A stretch of DNA of 64,000 nt from Eledone cirrhosa (GCA_964016885.1 OZ024753.1:28582001-28646000), one strand, 5' to 3'. Positions 39,391 to 52,830 are shown, numbered from the stretch's first letter. Notes: generated by a model from the sequence alone, not told the origin. Program-made: numbers and translations.

Positions 39391-39394
<4 letters not shown>
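38933..39394 (+). mobile_element. PLE pLTR hairpin insertion (183-bp arms, 7-nt loop, tail) with HHR in both arms
   Basis: 38933-39115 is the reverse complement of 39123-39305. CTGATGA at 39205; the left arm keeps GAAA-TATATA-TA on the minus strand; tail ATACTC...GAGTGC. Confidence 0.85.
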
Positions 39395-39456
<62 letters not shown>

Positions 39457-39527
39457 TATCTATATATATGATATATATATATATATCATATCTATATATA
39501 TATATATATATGTGTATATATATATAT

Positions 39528-40125
39528 CAGTTGGTGCTACTGGTAACATGTATCCCAGTACAACCTGTCTCATGGTCGGGTCGTTGGCGACTAAACTGGC
39601 AACCCCACCAAGGTTTCTTGGTGAGTAGGGTGACTTTGGACATCCTGCAAGACTAAAAACAAAACCTGTCAAAGGGAAAAGGAGCTCTTAAGAGTCAATG
39701 GCCATCCAAAATCACCAGTAGAGATGACCCCTTAGCCTTTGTTAAGACAGAATTCTAGGAGAAGGAAAACTCTGATATAACACCTGCAACCCTGATGGTA
39801 TCCAATGATGTTGACTTGTTCTTCTTTTTGGTAAATATCATCTTGGTTAAGAGAGTGGGACTGGCTTTGTGCAGTGCCTTTGCTCACTATAAAAGCTTCA
39901 CGGCACAGGCATTGCTTTATATCTGGAGATCTCTCTGCACTTGTCGTCACATGGTACCATGGGCCCAGCACTATGTGTCAATAATTGTCACACGTGTAGT
40001 GTTTGTACCAGAGTTTTTAAGTCGCGAGCTGAACTAAAAAGTCACACTCGTTCAGCGTATCGGTAGGGGTTCTCCTACATGGATATAAAGTAGTGGCCAT
40101 ACTCGAAAACGAGTTGGCAGCCACC
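39528..40125 (+). mobile_element. bipartite non-autonomous RTE derivative (copy 2)
   Basis: Close match to 24276-24882(-) and 56296-56903. Confidence 0.82.
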
Positions 40126-40162
40126 ATATATATATGATATATATATAGATGTGTGTGTGTGT

Positions 40163-40437
40163 GTGAAGGTTTGTGGCTTTGTGGCTATGGTATTCGTCTC
40201 ACACTCGTAGTTGTGAGTTTGATTCTCAGCGGCACATTGTGTCCTTAAGCAAGACACTTTATTTCATGTTGCTCTAATCCACTGAGTTGGCAAAAATTAG
40301 TTGTGCTTGTAATTTGAATGGCCAGCCTTGTCACATTCTGTGTCACACTGAATCTCTCTGAAAACTATGTTACGGGTACGCATGTCTGTGGAATGCTCAG
40401 CCACTTCATGTGCAGGCTGATGGCATCAACTGGAACA
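40163..40437 (+). mobile_element. family A SINE, tail type 3
   Basis: Head and core TGTGTCCTTAAGCAAGACACTTTA; tail matches 3056-3250. Confidence 0.75.
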
Positions 40438-42149
40438 TGAAAAGAGTAAAGTTGGACAACATGCTTTATGGCATAGAGTTATGGCCCTATACGATCTAAG
40501 TTTAAATCTTGCTGAGGTTAGCTTTGCTTTCCATCCTTATGGGGTCGATAAAATAAAGTATCTGTAATGCACTGGGGGTGATTTAATGGACTTTCCCCGC
40601 TCCCAAAATTGTTGGCCTTGTACCTAAATCAGAAACCAATATCTTAGCATCTTTCAATACACCTCAAAAACTCATGGCATACCTCTGTGGGTCATAGGTG
40701 GCACATAAGTGTGTCACAATATGGTGGTTGAAAACATCTGATGCAGAGATTGGAAATGCTAGAGTTCAACCTGTAAAAATGGTTTCTTTATCAATATTTT
40801 TCAGTGGATTCTTATAAAACATCATTTTTCTTTATTTTTTATTTTTTATTTTTTATTTGTTCATATTTGCATCTGTTTGTTTATCACATTTAATATTCAT
40901 TTGCATGCATACCACTGTAGCCAGATAATTGATTGGAATTGATGAAACAAGTATTTATAGCCTGATTCCTTCCTTTGAAGACTTAATGTCAACCATATGT
41001 GCATTTTGAATCACTTTTGTTGCCTGTGAACAGCATGCAGATAAATGGGCATCATTAGCATACGTGAGATGTAGAGCTTAAAGCAAGCTTAGAAAATGGT
41101 GACTAGACATAAAATGCAAAAACCAATATGTACAGGAGATAATAGCAGTGTTGGTATGGTCACATGATGAAAATGACATCTTCTAAGTGAAAACAGGGAG
41201 ATATGAATGTTGTCAAAAAAATGCAGTCAAGACAAACAAGCCAATGAGGAGCTTCTAGATGGTCATTCGACATGTTAGAAATAGCAGCCATGTGGCTGGT
41301 GTTAGGAAGGGCATCCTCTGTAAAATCCTCAGCCAAATTGACAGTCTCATCGGAGCAAGGTGTGTCATGGCCAATTCTGGCCAGATTTGTCTTCCGCTGT
41401 GGACGATCCATCTAACCCATGCAAGCTTGTAAAAATGGATGATAAATCAAACCCAGCTTGTTTTAAAAATGGTCACATCGTACAATATAGGCCAGGATAT
41501 ACAAAAAAAGGACTGGATGGTCATGGATGGAATGCCTTTTGTCGCACAGAGCTGGCCTGGTTCTATACAACAACAATTTACTGTAGAGAAAGATTGCAGA
41601 ATACATGGGAAGAAAAAGTGAGATCAGATGTGAAATGATAGAATTTTCTGATAGTTTGCTTGTAGATGCAGTCTTGGTTATGAGCACACTTCTTTATATA
41701 TACTTTAAGCCTGACCAGTTACCACTCTGTATGCAAATGAGCTTCATCAGCTCTTATACATAGCCAAGAAATCTATAAGATTTTAGCTATTTTTGTCTCA
41801 GCGGAAACTAGGATATGCAGCCTCGACAATATCTAACAGGTGAAAAACAATTTTGTCGGTCGCTTCCCCTGGTTTTTGCTGAGACTAAGGTTGTGTGATG
41901 ATGATTTCAACCTTTAAAAAATTCATAGCTGAAGTTCTGTCAAATGTTTTTCATTAACATCCTGTATACAACACATACATATATGTGTATAATAATATGT
42001 TGGACTACCTATAATAAATTTATATATATATATATATATAAATATAAAACACTTGCCGCAGGGAAAGCAGATGTTAAAACAACAATAATGATGTTGATAT
42101 ATATATATATATTTATATATATATATACATACATATATATATATATATA

Positions 42150-44030
42150 GAATAAGGAAAAGCGAAGTAGTTTCAGATGTTCAAGTCCTTTAATAATAAT
42201 GCTGTGATATATATTTCAATGACGACACTGGCCACACTGTTCTGTGTGCGAGTGTCGTGTCATCATCAGACAGCTTGTTACATAATAAGGTTATGTTTCC
42301 GAGGCAATCCAAATTGAATCGACATGGGAACGGATGAAGTTCGTGCTTTTGGGTTTTTCATTCGTTCCCTTGTGAGTACCAATTCACCCTCACCGGTCTG
42401 TGCAAGCACATGTCCGAAGGAAGTTGACCATTAGCCACCGCAGATTTCAACAAAATTCGCTGTCAGTTCACCCTCTCAGCCAAAACAATGGCCCACCTAT
42501 GCCCTACCAAAGTTTACTGCTACCCATCACGACTGTGGCAGTCAGCCGAAAGCCAGAAGGGATGGGAGGGTGTTAGTTTTTATAGGTCATAATACTACCT
42601 TTCACTAAGCGTTGACAGCAAGACTGACCATCAACTCATAAGGGAAACTAAACTTAATTCTAGGTACCATGGTTTTACATTGGAAGTTAAGAGTGAGAGT
42701 TGGAAATAAAAATTAAAAATTAAAATCCTAAATCAAATATCAGAGATTATAAATTAAACAATTAAAAAATTCAAAAATTCAAAATTCAAAAATGTTTCAA
42801 GTGATAATTTCGGATTGAGTAAAAATATAGATTGAAGTGAGTAAATAATATGGAGAGAGATGTTTAAGTAATATGTTCTGAGAGGGATTCTAGTGTCACA
42901 GTTACTCTATCCACATATTGAACGACAGTGCCGTGCATTATAACGGAGGGCAAACTACAGGGTTCAAGGCATTAGACAATCTGGTACACAGTCATAATTT
43001 CAATCACATGGAACAAAATCAAAGAAAAACAGACATAAAGTACACAAAAGAAAAGAAAAGAACAGAACCAATAGTGAATAAATGCAAAAACACAGAGTAC
43101 ATATATGCAAAATGATCCATATGATTGTCCATCTGTCCATGTATAGATTGAATTGAGGGGGCTTCTGTTCAAATGCGATTATAATGTAGGGCACTGTCGT
43201 TCAATATGTGGATAGAGTAACTGTGACACTACAATCCCTCTCAGAACATCTCTCTCCATATTATTTACTCACTTCAATCTATATTTTTACTCAATCCGAA
43301 ATTATCACTTGAACATTTTTTAATTTCAAATTTTTTTATTTTTTTATTGTTTAATTTATAATCTCTGATATTTGATTTAGGATTTTAATTTTTAATTTTT
43401 ATTTCCAACTCTCACTCTTAACTTCCAATGTAAAACCATGGTACCTAGAATTAAGTTTAGTTTCCCTTATGAGTTGATGGTCAGTCTTGCTGTCAACGCT
43501 TAGTGAAAGGTAGTATTATGACCTATAAAAACTAACACCCTCCCATCCCTTCTGGCTTTCGGCTGACTGCCACAGTCGTGATGGGTAGCAGTAAACTTTG
43601 GTAGGGCATAGGTGGGCCATTGATTTGGCTGAGAGGGTGAACTGACAGCGAATTTTGTTGAAATCTGCGGTGGCTAATGGTCAACTTCCTTCGGACATGC
43701 GCTTGCGCAGACCGGTGGGGGTGAATTGGTACTCACAAGGGAACGGATGAAAAACCCAAAAGCACGAACTTCATCCATTCCCATGTCGATTCAATTTGGA
43801 TTGCCTCGGAAACATAACCTTATTATGTAACAAGCTGTCTGATGATGACACGACACTCGCACACAGAACAGTGTGGCCAGTGTCGTCATTGAAATATATA
43901 TCACAGCATTATTATTAAAGGACTTGAACATCTGAAACTACTTCGCTTTTCCTTATTCGATATTTACTCCGTCACTCCTATGTGGAAAAAGTACGTTGAG
44001 TGCTTGAATTGAATTGCATCAATGTTTACC

Positions 44031-44033
<3 letters not shown>
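42150..44033 (+). mobile_element. 1.9-kb palindromic PLE-derived insertion (~780-bp arms, ~240-bp spacer, 75-bp tail)
   Basis: 42150-42941 is the reverse complement of 43181-43958 with few substitutions and indels. HHR near the outer ends; tail at 43959-44033; (TA)n flanks. Confidence 0.88.
43834..43907 (+). ncRNA. canonical type-I hammerhead ribozyme (mirror copy on - at 42201-42274)
   Basis: GCTGT-CTGATGA-TGAC.GACACT..CACAC..GTGTG..AGTGTCGTCA-TT-GAAA-TATATA-TC-ACAGC; predicted cleavage after C43902. Confidence 0.9.
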
Positions 44034-44064
<31 letters not shown>

Positions 44065-44065
44065 G

Positions 44066-44136
<71 letters not shown>

Positions 44137-44242
44137 ACATCATTATTGTTGTTTAAACATCTGTTTTCCCTGTGGCAAGTGTTTTATATTTATATATATA
44201 TATAAATTTATTATAGGTGCTCCAATAATAGGTGTGTGTGTT

Positions 44243-44282
<40 letters not shown>

Positions 44283-44419
44283 ATGTGTGACAAAAAAACT
44301 TTGACGAACTAATAACTAATAACAATATTGAAGTGAAAATCAAATATTATGTATGCTTCTTTATTGGCAACTCAGTATAACAATATATATATATATGTGT
44401 ATTTCATATATATATATAT

Positions 44420-44501
44420 GTATGAATGTGTATTTCTCTCTTTAAAAATATATGGGTATATATATATGTGGGTGTGTGTATATATATATATATACACACA
44501 C

Positions 44502-44536
<35 letters not shown>

Positions 44537-44572
44537 CATATATTTTTAAAGAGAGAAATACACATTCATACA
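44420..44572. repeat. (TA)n-centred palindrome
   Basis: GTATGAATGTGTATTTCTCTCTTTAAAAATATATGGG ... CCCATATATTTTTAAAGAGAGAAATACACATTCATAC. Confidence 0.85.
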
Positions 44573-45288
44573 CACATATATATATAGAGAGAGACACACA
44601 CTCACATACATATATATAATCTTGAAGATTTGTCAAAATTTAGTGAACTAAAGTAGATTGATATCTCATGAAATTACAATTCAATGACTAAGATAATAAA
44701 AAATAAAAAATACATAAAAAGATTTATAATTATACTTATATTTGAAATAAATTATTCATCTTGAAATCTGCAGTACGCTATTTTTCCATTACCTTGGTGA
44801 TGAAATAATATTATTTATGAAAAATAAAGTGTACAGCAGACAGTCTTATAAATTATTTTACTGGTTTCAGTCATTAGACTGTGCCAGACTGTGGTACTCT
44901 CTAAACTTGTGCCTTGGAGGGAAACTTTCTTGGTGCAAAACCATGGTCATCAGTGACGAATGGGGGTCTTAGGTGACAACATGCTTCTGGTTGCATTTTG
45001 CATTGTGTCACCTTACCTAACTTATGTTGATTACTCTGAGCATTAATTTATTGATTTCTTCTCATTGAGTGCTTCGTGGAAGCCTCCAAAAATCGATTGC
45101 GAACCTGCTACTTGCAGTATTGGTAGAGGGTTGGACACCATTCTTTGCAGCAAAGAGTTACATCCATTTATAGTCTGAGTTCAAATCCCGCCAAGGTTAA
45201 CTTTGCCTTTCATCATTACGGGGTCGATAAAATAAAGTACCAGTAATGTACTGAATAATTGCTGGCCTTGTGCCAAAAGTAGAAACAA

Positions 45289-45571
45289 TTATTATTATTA
45301 TTATTACAGCTGCATTTATCTTGCTTTATGTTCATACGAGTTATCACCAAGTCACAACCAGTGACCTCAAGAGACAAGGTCCGCCATGTTCAAGAAAGAA
45401 CATACATACACACACATGCATCTTTAGGTGTTTAGACTTGTGATGTACTTATATTGACAGAATCTTTCTTAGTATATGGGCAGTTCCCATTAGTACTATC
45501 TTTTGTATTTCTCCTATACGCGGATTTCCTGGGATTTGCGATAAGTAATCATTAGACCCCTTAGGTATCAT
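45289..45571 (-). mobile_element. Dong/R4-clade non-LTR retrotransposon 3' end with (TAA)n tail
   Basis: MIPKGSNDYLSQIPGNPRIGEIQKIVLMGTAHILRKILSI* matches the R4/Dong C-terminal QKxxLxGTAxILRK motif; ends in (TAA)n. Confidence 0.78.
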
Positions 45572-45856
45572 TCTTATTATTTCATGGCTGGCACATATTT
45601 TAATGATTTTTGTTAAATAACCAATTTACAAGATATAAACACAGAACTAGCCATCGAAACGGCTTGAGCTCTGCCGTCGGAGTCATACTTGTTCCTATAT
45701 ATAATATATATACCTATAATATTATATATATATAATATATATATGCATATATATATGCATATATATATGCATATTTATATGCATTTATATACGTATATAT
45801 GATCCTTAGACACATACACACACATATATATGTTTACTTTGCTCTTTCGAATACAA

Positions 45857-46492
45857 GGTAAGAATGTAATTTGTAGCATCGAACATTGGAAATCTACAAA
45901 AGAAAGAGGAGATAGCATCGATAATTTGCCAACATTTTCTGTATTGTTTAGAACCGAAGCAGATAGTCATGTCAGTAAAAAGTCTAAGTAGAGACTTCAA
46001 AGTAGGCAAAGTTGAAAAGAAATCAATTATTTCCTTTAGAACTTTGGAGTATTGTACCAATACCTGGTTCAGATAAGCGTGTAATATTGTATGAGAATTT
46101 GCATGTTGTGTTTGGCATTTCCTTTTGAAGGTGACTTCTTCAGGAACCGCAGGGTGTTTCTGTATTGGACTGGTATTTAACAATTCCTGTACAATTTGGA
46201 TTAAAGATAGATGACAAAAGATAAATCTCCATTTCTCTTCTATTCCATCAATTAGACACTGGTCTACCAGAGGGTGCTTTTCTCCTTATATTTCGAAGTT
46301 GTGTGGTTGGTATCTGTGCATAAAGTTGATGTTTTCAGTGATCGTCTCTATTAGCTGGTAAGAGTTCTTGTTTAACTCCTGCTCAACTTGATCCAGGAAA
46401 CATAGAATCAAAGGCATTCTATTCCTGGCTACCTCGGCTTTTGTTTTTAGGATTTGTAAAAGGCCTGACCATACTGTCATTTCTATAGACAT
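45857..46492 (-). pseudogene. unidentified complex-sequence coding fragment (~210 codons, one frameshift)
   Basis: MSIEMTVWSGLLQ...TITENIN continues via a frameshift into QLRNIRRKHPLVDQCLIDGIEEKWRFIF...CRFPMFDATNYIL. Confidence 0.4.
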
Positions 46493-47267
46493 ATAGTTAC
46501 GGTTCTTTATGTTCTGAGTTCAAATCCCGCTGAGGTTAGCTTTGTTGATGAAATAAAGTACCAGTAATGTACTGGAGTTGATTTAATTGACTTTCCTTTT
46601 ACCACGAAATTGTTGGCCTTGTGCCTAAATCAGAAACCATTAATTACATAAATATTTCACATGAAAATATAGAATAATAAATTTGTCTTATGTTCGTTCA
46701 TTCTTGTATTAACAATCTTTAGAGAAGGAAACTTTTTTTTTGTGAATGATGCTAATACTGTCTGTGTTTACAGCCATGATTTTGAATTATCGACCTGAAA
46801 TATATTATATATATTGATACAGCAGTGAGCTGTATTGAAAGATTAGACACTTGCTGAAATAATTTAATTGTGACATATGTGGAATTTCCACATTTATCAA
46901 CAAATAATGACAAATTTTTATCCATTTTCCAGAGTAACTTAACATCACATAATTGAGCTATATATACATAATTGTGGTATCAATTAAAATTACCTCCTAA
47001 TATTCTGCCATGGAATTATTTTTCTTGGAAAAGGGAGGGGGACCCATGGACTTTTCCCCAGAGTTATTGTTCAGACTGTTATTTCTATTTTGAATGCATA
47101 TTATCTTAGAATAAATTTACACAAGTTGATTACTCTCACTCATGATAAATATTAGTTTGTCAATGAATTCTAGAAAATTCCATTATGCAAGCGGTAAAAA
47201 AATTAAAGCTACCAGAGAAAGTTGATTAAATTGACCCCAGTTCATTACTTTATTTTATTAACCCTGT

Positions 47268-47670
47268 TGGAGGCACATGGCTTAGTGGTTAGAGCATTGG
47301 CCTTGCAATCAAAAGGTTGTGAGTTCAATTCCCAGACCGGGTGATGTGTTGTTTCCTTGAGCAAGACACTTTATTTCACATTGCTCCAGTTTACTCAGCT
47401 GTAGAAATGAGATGATAGGGACTTGGGTCCATATAATTCCACTGCAAAGTGGTCGTGCAGGTGTCACGGCAAAAAAGCACCCAGCACTCACTGTAAATGA
47501 GGTTGGTGTTAGGAAGGGCATCCAGCTGTAGAAATCAAGCCAGAATCAGTTCCCGTCCCACCCTTGCAAGCAGGGAAAAAGCGGACGTAAAATGATGATG
47601 ATGATGAAATGATGATGATGATGAAATGATGATGATGATGAAATGATGATGATGATGAAATGATGATGAT
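47268..47670 (+). mobile_element. family A SINE, tail type 1
   Basis: Near-identical to 25085-25432; long (ATG)n tail. Confidence 0.85.
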
Positions 47671-48294
47671 GTCAGAATGAAAAGCAAAGCTAACCTCAGT
47701 GGGATTTGAACTGTAAAGGGCCTTAACTATATGCCACAAAGAAGGTTGTGCAACACTCTTCCGATACTGTCAATCCACCGTCCTATAATAATCTGTAATA
47801 ATAGCACAGAGTTGTCTAAGAGAAGAATTAAAGGACAATGAAAATAAATAAAGCAAAGCAACCAACCCATGATGCTAATTCTTTTAAAAACAAAAATATA
47901 AATCTAACTGCACCAGTAATACTATATTTTTATTATGTAGTAGTCCAGAGAGCAGTGGAATAGCAGTATCGGTAGAGTGTCGGACAACATGCTTAGCAGC
48001 ATAGGGTTATAGCCTTTAACGATCTGAGTTCAAATCCTGCCGAGGTTAGCTTTGTCTTTCATCCTTACGGTGCCGATAAAATAAAGTACCAGTCACATGT
48101 TGGGGTCGATTTAATCAACTTTTCCCTCCCCCCAAATTGCTGGCCTTGTGCCTATATCAGAAACCATCATGTAGTAGTAGTCCAGTACTGGAGTTGATTC
48201 TTCCTCTCTATCTCTGTATTACTTCCATTCTATCACATCTTTTAGAAATTGGCTGCATTCAGTCCTGGAGATGACTAAGCTCTGCCATGCTTAG

Positions 48295-48496
48295 CCCTTT
48301 ACCATTTACATTACTCTATATTTACTATTGTATTTTCATGGAAAAGGCTTTATCTCACATAATATCGAAGCTATGAGATTTTGATATTATTTATTTTGAG
48401 AACAATATCTTAACATAAGCAGCCAGTTATGGCCAGTGAGAGAATTCTGGCCAGATATGGCCAGTTTTTAAACTGGCCATATCTGATGCTAAAGGG
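48295..48496 (+). mobile_element. piggyBac-type MITE
   Basis: TTAG|CCCTTTACCATTTA...GCTAAAGGG|TTAA. Confidence 0.75.
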
Positions 48497-48711
48497 TTAA
48501 AATGTCCAAGAAACGCCCTATGACATTCCAGCACCCTTACAACTCCACTGACAGCTATGTGTCCAAACATACATATATTTCAATAATTAAAAGAACTTAT
48601 CTGCATAAAACCTCTTTTATCGTCTTCAGTTAATGAATGAAGATTGTGATAGCCAAATAAAAATGGGACATATTAATTTGGCAAATTGAGATATTGGTGT
48701 GTGTATGTGTA

Positions 48712-48744
<33 letters not shown>

Positions 48745-48842
48745 GTAAACACACACTCCTATTTATATATGTGTATGTGTGTGAGTGTATATATATATAT
48801 ATATATATATCTATATATGTGTGTATATATATGTATATATTT

Positions 48843-49080
48843 ACTCGAGAGAAGAAGACTATGTTGGTATGGTCACGTGATACGCATGAAAGACGACAGC
48901 TGTATAAAAAAGTGCAGGGCGATCAAAATAGACGGTAGCTATGGAGTAGGCAGACCCAGAAAAACCTGGGATGACTTGATAAATTCCGACCTCACACACT
49001 TACACCTCTCCAAGACAATGTCACTGGACCGAGATCTTTGGCGCTATGCAGTAATACAGAAGACCCGCCTTGCCTAAGTA
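48843..49080 (+). mobile_element. RTE-group LINE 3' fragment
   Basis: ERRRLCWYGHVIRM...GRPRKTWDDLINSDL...DRDLWRYAV. Confidence 0.82.
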
Positions 49081-49551
49081 CAAAGCGAAACCTACAGTTA
49101 GTAGGCACCTCTTAACCAAAATACACCCCCGTCCCACTATCCCTACCCCACCGCCATCTACACCACCCCTTTCTCTGTAAAGTAATGTTGGTACCACAAC
49201 ATCCAGTCCGAAACAAATGAGGTCGTGTAGGTGTCACAACAAAAAAACACACAGTCCACGCTGTAATGTGGCCGTGTAGGTAACACAGTAAAAACCTCCC
49301 AGTCCACACTGTAAACGTGGTTGGTGTTAGGAAGGGCATCCAGCCGTAGAAAACCCGCCAGAGAGTTTCGAGCAAGACAACCAATCTTACCTCAAGTGGA
49401 ACAATTCCCGTCCAGACCCATGCTAGCGTGGAAGATGGACATTAAACGATGATGATAGTGATGATGATGATGATGATATATATATATATACATAACTCAT
49501 GCTAGCATGGAAGAACGGACGTAAAACAGTGATGATGATGATGATGATGAT

Positions 49552-49609
<58 letters not shown>

Positions 49610-50048
49610 ATATATATACACACACAAAACACATGTATGCGTGTTTGTGGAAGGATTATCTGAGATAATTTATCTCAATTAATTTAGCCACTAATTTATA
49701 TAATAGAAGCTGTAATTGGTGACTGATAATACAATTACTGCTTTTAATGGTGTCTACTAGATTCATCTAACTTCTTTAACACACACACTTATGTAGAGGA
49801 AGATACATCTATACACAGCTATTCACACATCTGAACATACTTCACAACTTATAAGCAAACATGTTGGATTAATGCCAACTTATGATAGCCTAACAAAGCA
49901 GAACTCACCAACAGTTCCATAGTTCCGCCTTGCTCTGTTCCATTGTCTAACTGACAAAACACTAAGACATAAAAGAGCTGAATGTGAAATAACAGATTGA
50001 GAATTCAGTTTTCTTCCAGGGCTGATCCTAGCTTAGATTTTACCATTA

Positions 50049-50307
50049 CAAGGTGAGTCATAAGTAACTGACAGTCAATGTATTTTTATTACAAGGTTCA
50101 GAGATAACTTTCTGAACATCCACTCATTATCTGTGTGATGGACAAGCTCAGTTTTTTTTTAACACTCACTTGAATTACATTTTAACTGCTTTTGTTTGAT
50201 GTATTTATAATTTCGTACTGTATGACAAGCATTTTAGTAAATAATATCATTTGGAATATAAATGTTGGACCCCCCCCCCCCCCCCCGGTTACTTATGACT
50301 CACTCTG
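50049..50307. mobile_element. Tc1/mariner MITE
   Basis: TA|CAAGGTGAGTCATAAGTAAC...GTTACTTATGACTCACTCTG|TA. Confidence 0.82.
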
Positions 50308-50312
50308 TATAA

Positions 50313-50524
50313 CCTTTTAGCATTTAAACTGACTGTATCCAGTCAGAATTCTTTCCCTTCTTTCTGTTAAAACTGGCCATAACTGGCCCCTCATACTGAT
50401 GTTAAGGTATTGTTCTCAAAATATATAATATCAAAATCTCATAGATTTGTGTGTGTGTGTGTTAGATAAAACCTTTACTGTGGAAATACAATAGTAAATA
50501 TAGAGTAATGTAAATGCTAAAGAG
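50313..50524 (-). mobile_element. piggyBac-type MITE
   Basis: Reverse-complement copy of the 26953/33465 family; TTAA at 50525-50528. Confidence 0.75.
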
Positions 50525-52074
50525 TTAAATATGAACTTTAATATCTTTTTATTAATAATAATAATGAAAATTATTGTGTACAGTGCTCAGGTGCACTACA
50601 CCTCATCAAAAGAGCATGTATACTACATAGAATAATGTACAAATATCAGATGAATATCCATTAAAACCTGTAGTGAAAGGGTCCTTAGGAGAAGTCCTCA
50701 AACTACCCTTATGGGTCATGTTTTACCAATTCTCATGCAATCAAAGAACTGAATGAAATGAACATGTTCATATGTATGTATGGGGCTGTAACTCCCGAGA
50801 GAGTCATAGGGGTGCTGTATTGACATACAACATTTCTTGGGCTTTTTTAAAACCTGGCAGTGCCCAACTCTTCTCCAGGTCTGAATACAGCAGATTTCTT
50901 CCAGAGAAGGAAAGAGAGTGAGTGAGAGAGAGAGAGATAAAATGAGAAAGAGATATAGAGGAAGAGTCGAACCCAGATGAATATCCATTAAAACCTGTAC
51001 TTTTTTATCCATCTCAAAAGGATGAAAGGCAAAGTTGACCTCGGTGGGATTTGAACTCAGAGAGCAGAGAGTCAGCACAAATACTGCAAAGCATTCTATC
51101 TGACGTTCTAACAACTCTGCCAATTCACCACCATATATTTAGTCCTAAATAAATGAGGTCGTGTAGGTGTCATGACAAAAAAACACACAGTCCACGCTGT
51201 AATATAGCCATGTAGGTAACACGGTAAAAACCTCTCAGTCCACACTGTAAATGTGGTTGGTGTTAGGAAAGGCACCCAGCCGTAGAAAACCCGCCAGACA
51301 GTCCCGAGCAAGACAATCAATCTTGCCTCAAGTGGGACAATTCCCGTCCAGACCCATGCTAGCGTGGAAGATGGACGTTAAACGATGATGATGATGATGA
51401 TGATATTTATATACATACAAGATATAAGATAAAAAGAATCATCAAATATATATAATAACATCTATAAAACCTATTGATACAGTTGGACCATGTTGGTGTA
51501 TTTTTTTTACACAAGCTTCTCTGCTATTTGGTGTGACAAGTAAAATAATGATGTAAGTGAAAACAATTTTGATTTATTTCAAACAAGGGTTAATATATTC
51601 TGTGATCATTTCAGAAATATTTTGATTTGTAATAGCAAAATGATAATAATTCTCAACAGGTTTCATAACATGATAACCCATCTGACCCATGCAAGCATGG
51701 AAAAATAGATGTTAAACGGTGACGATGATGATATGTTTCAGATGAAGTTTCTATGAAACAGTATATTCATTTTCTCTGAGAGGCAAAGAACACCACCATC
51801 ATTAACCATATAAATATATTTACATGATGGTGACATGAGAAAACGCCCAGCCCACACTGTAAAGTAGTCGTGTAGGTGTCATGACAAAAAGCACCCGGTC
51901 CACACTGTAAAGTGGTTGTGTAGGTGTCACAACAAAAAGAAAATAGGGTGTGATTTGAGGGAGAGTTGGCAGCTATTTCAAGCAAGTTCAGTGACCACAT
52001 AGAGGCTATGTATGTGTGGGATAGAAATGAGGTTTTAATGAATGTGATAAACTTACTCTATCACTGTTATAACC

Positions 52075-52830
52075 GATACCACTACAAATACTACAACAAT
52101 AACATACCACTACCACAACAATACCACAGCAATAAGACCACTACCACCACTACTGCAACCATGACATCACCCTTGCTTCTACTGCTAAAGCCACCACCAA
52201 CACTACATCTAACATCAATCACTACCACCAACACTGCCACCACTATAACCCCTACATCTAACATCGTCTTTCCATCACTACCACCAACATTGCCACCACC
52301 ACTACCACCCATACTACATCTAACACCATCTTTACATCACTGGCACCACCAGTACCACCCATACTACATCTAACACCGTCTTTCCATCACTACTACAACC
52401 ACTACATCTAACATAATCTTTCCATTACTACCACCCACACTGCCACTACTACAACCACTACATCTAACATCGTCTTTCCATCACTACTACCATCACTACC
52501 ACCAACACTACATCTAACATGGTCCTTCCATCACTACTACCCACACTACCACCAACACCACCACTATCACTACCACCCACACTACCACCAACATTACATC
52601 TAACATCATATTTCTATCACTACGACCCACACTACCACCAACACTGCCATAACCACCAACACTACCACTATCACTACCACCTACACTACCACCAACACTA
52701 CATCTAACATCATCCTTCCATCACTACTACCCACACTACCACCACTTCTACTACTAGAACTACTACCAGTGACATTAACACAACCACTACCACCTACTAT
52801 AACGACCACCAACACTACCACCTACACTGT
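52075..52830. repeat. (ACC/ACT)-rich minisatellite with recurring CTACATCTAACA unit
   Basis: Directly visible. Confidence 0.85.

Noticed and set aside
40900-41150. possible ancient RT remnants (YAND-like here; GHCLRR-like near 59850, both -)
   Set aside because: Too decayed to call without a profile search.
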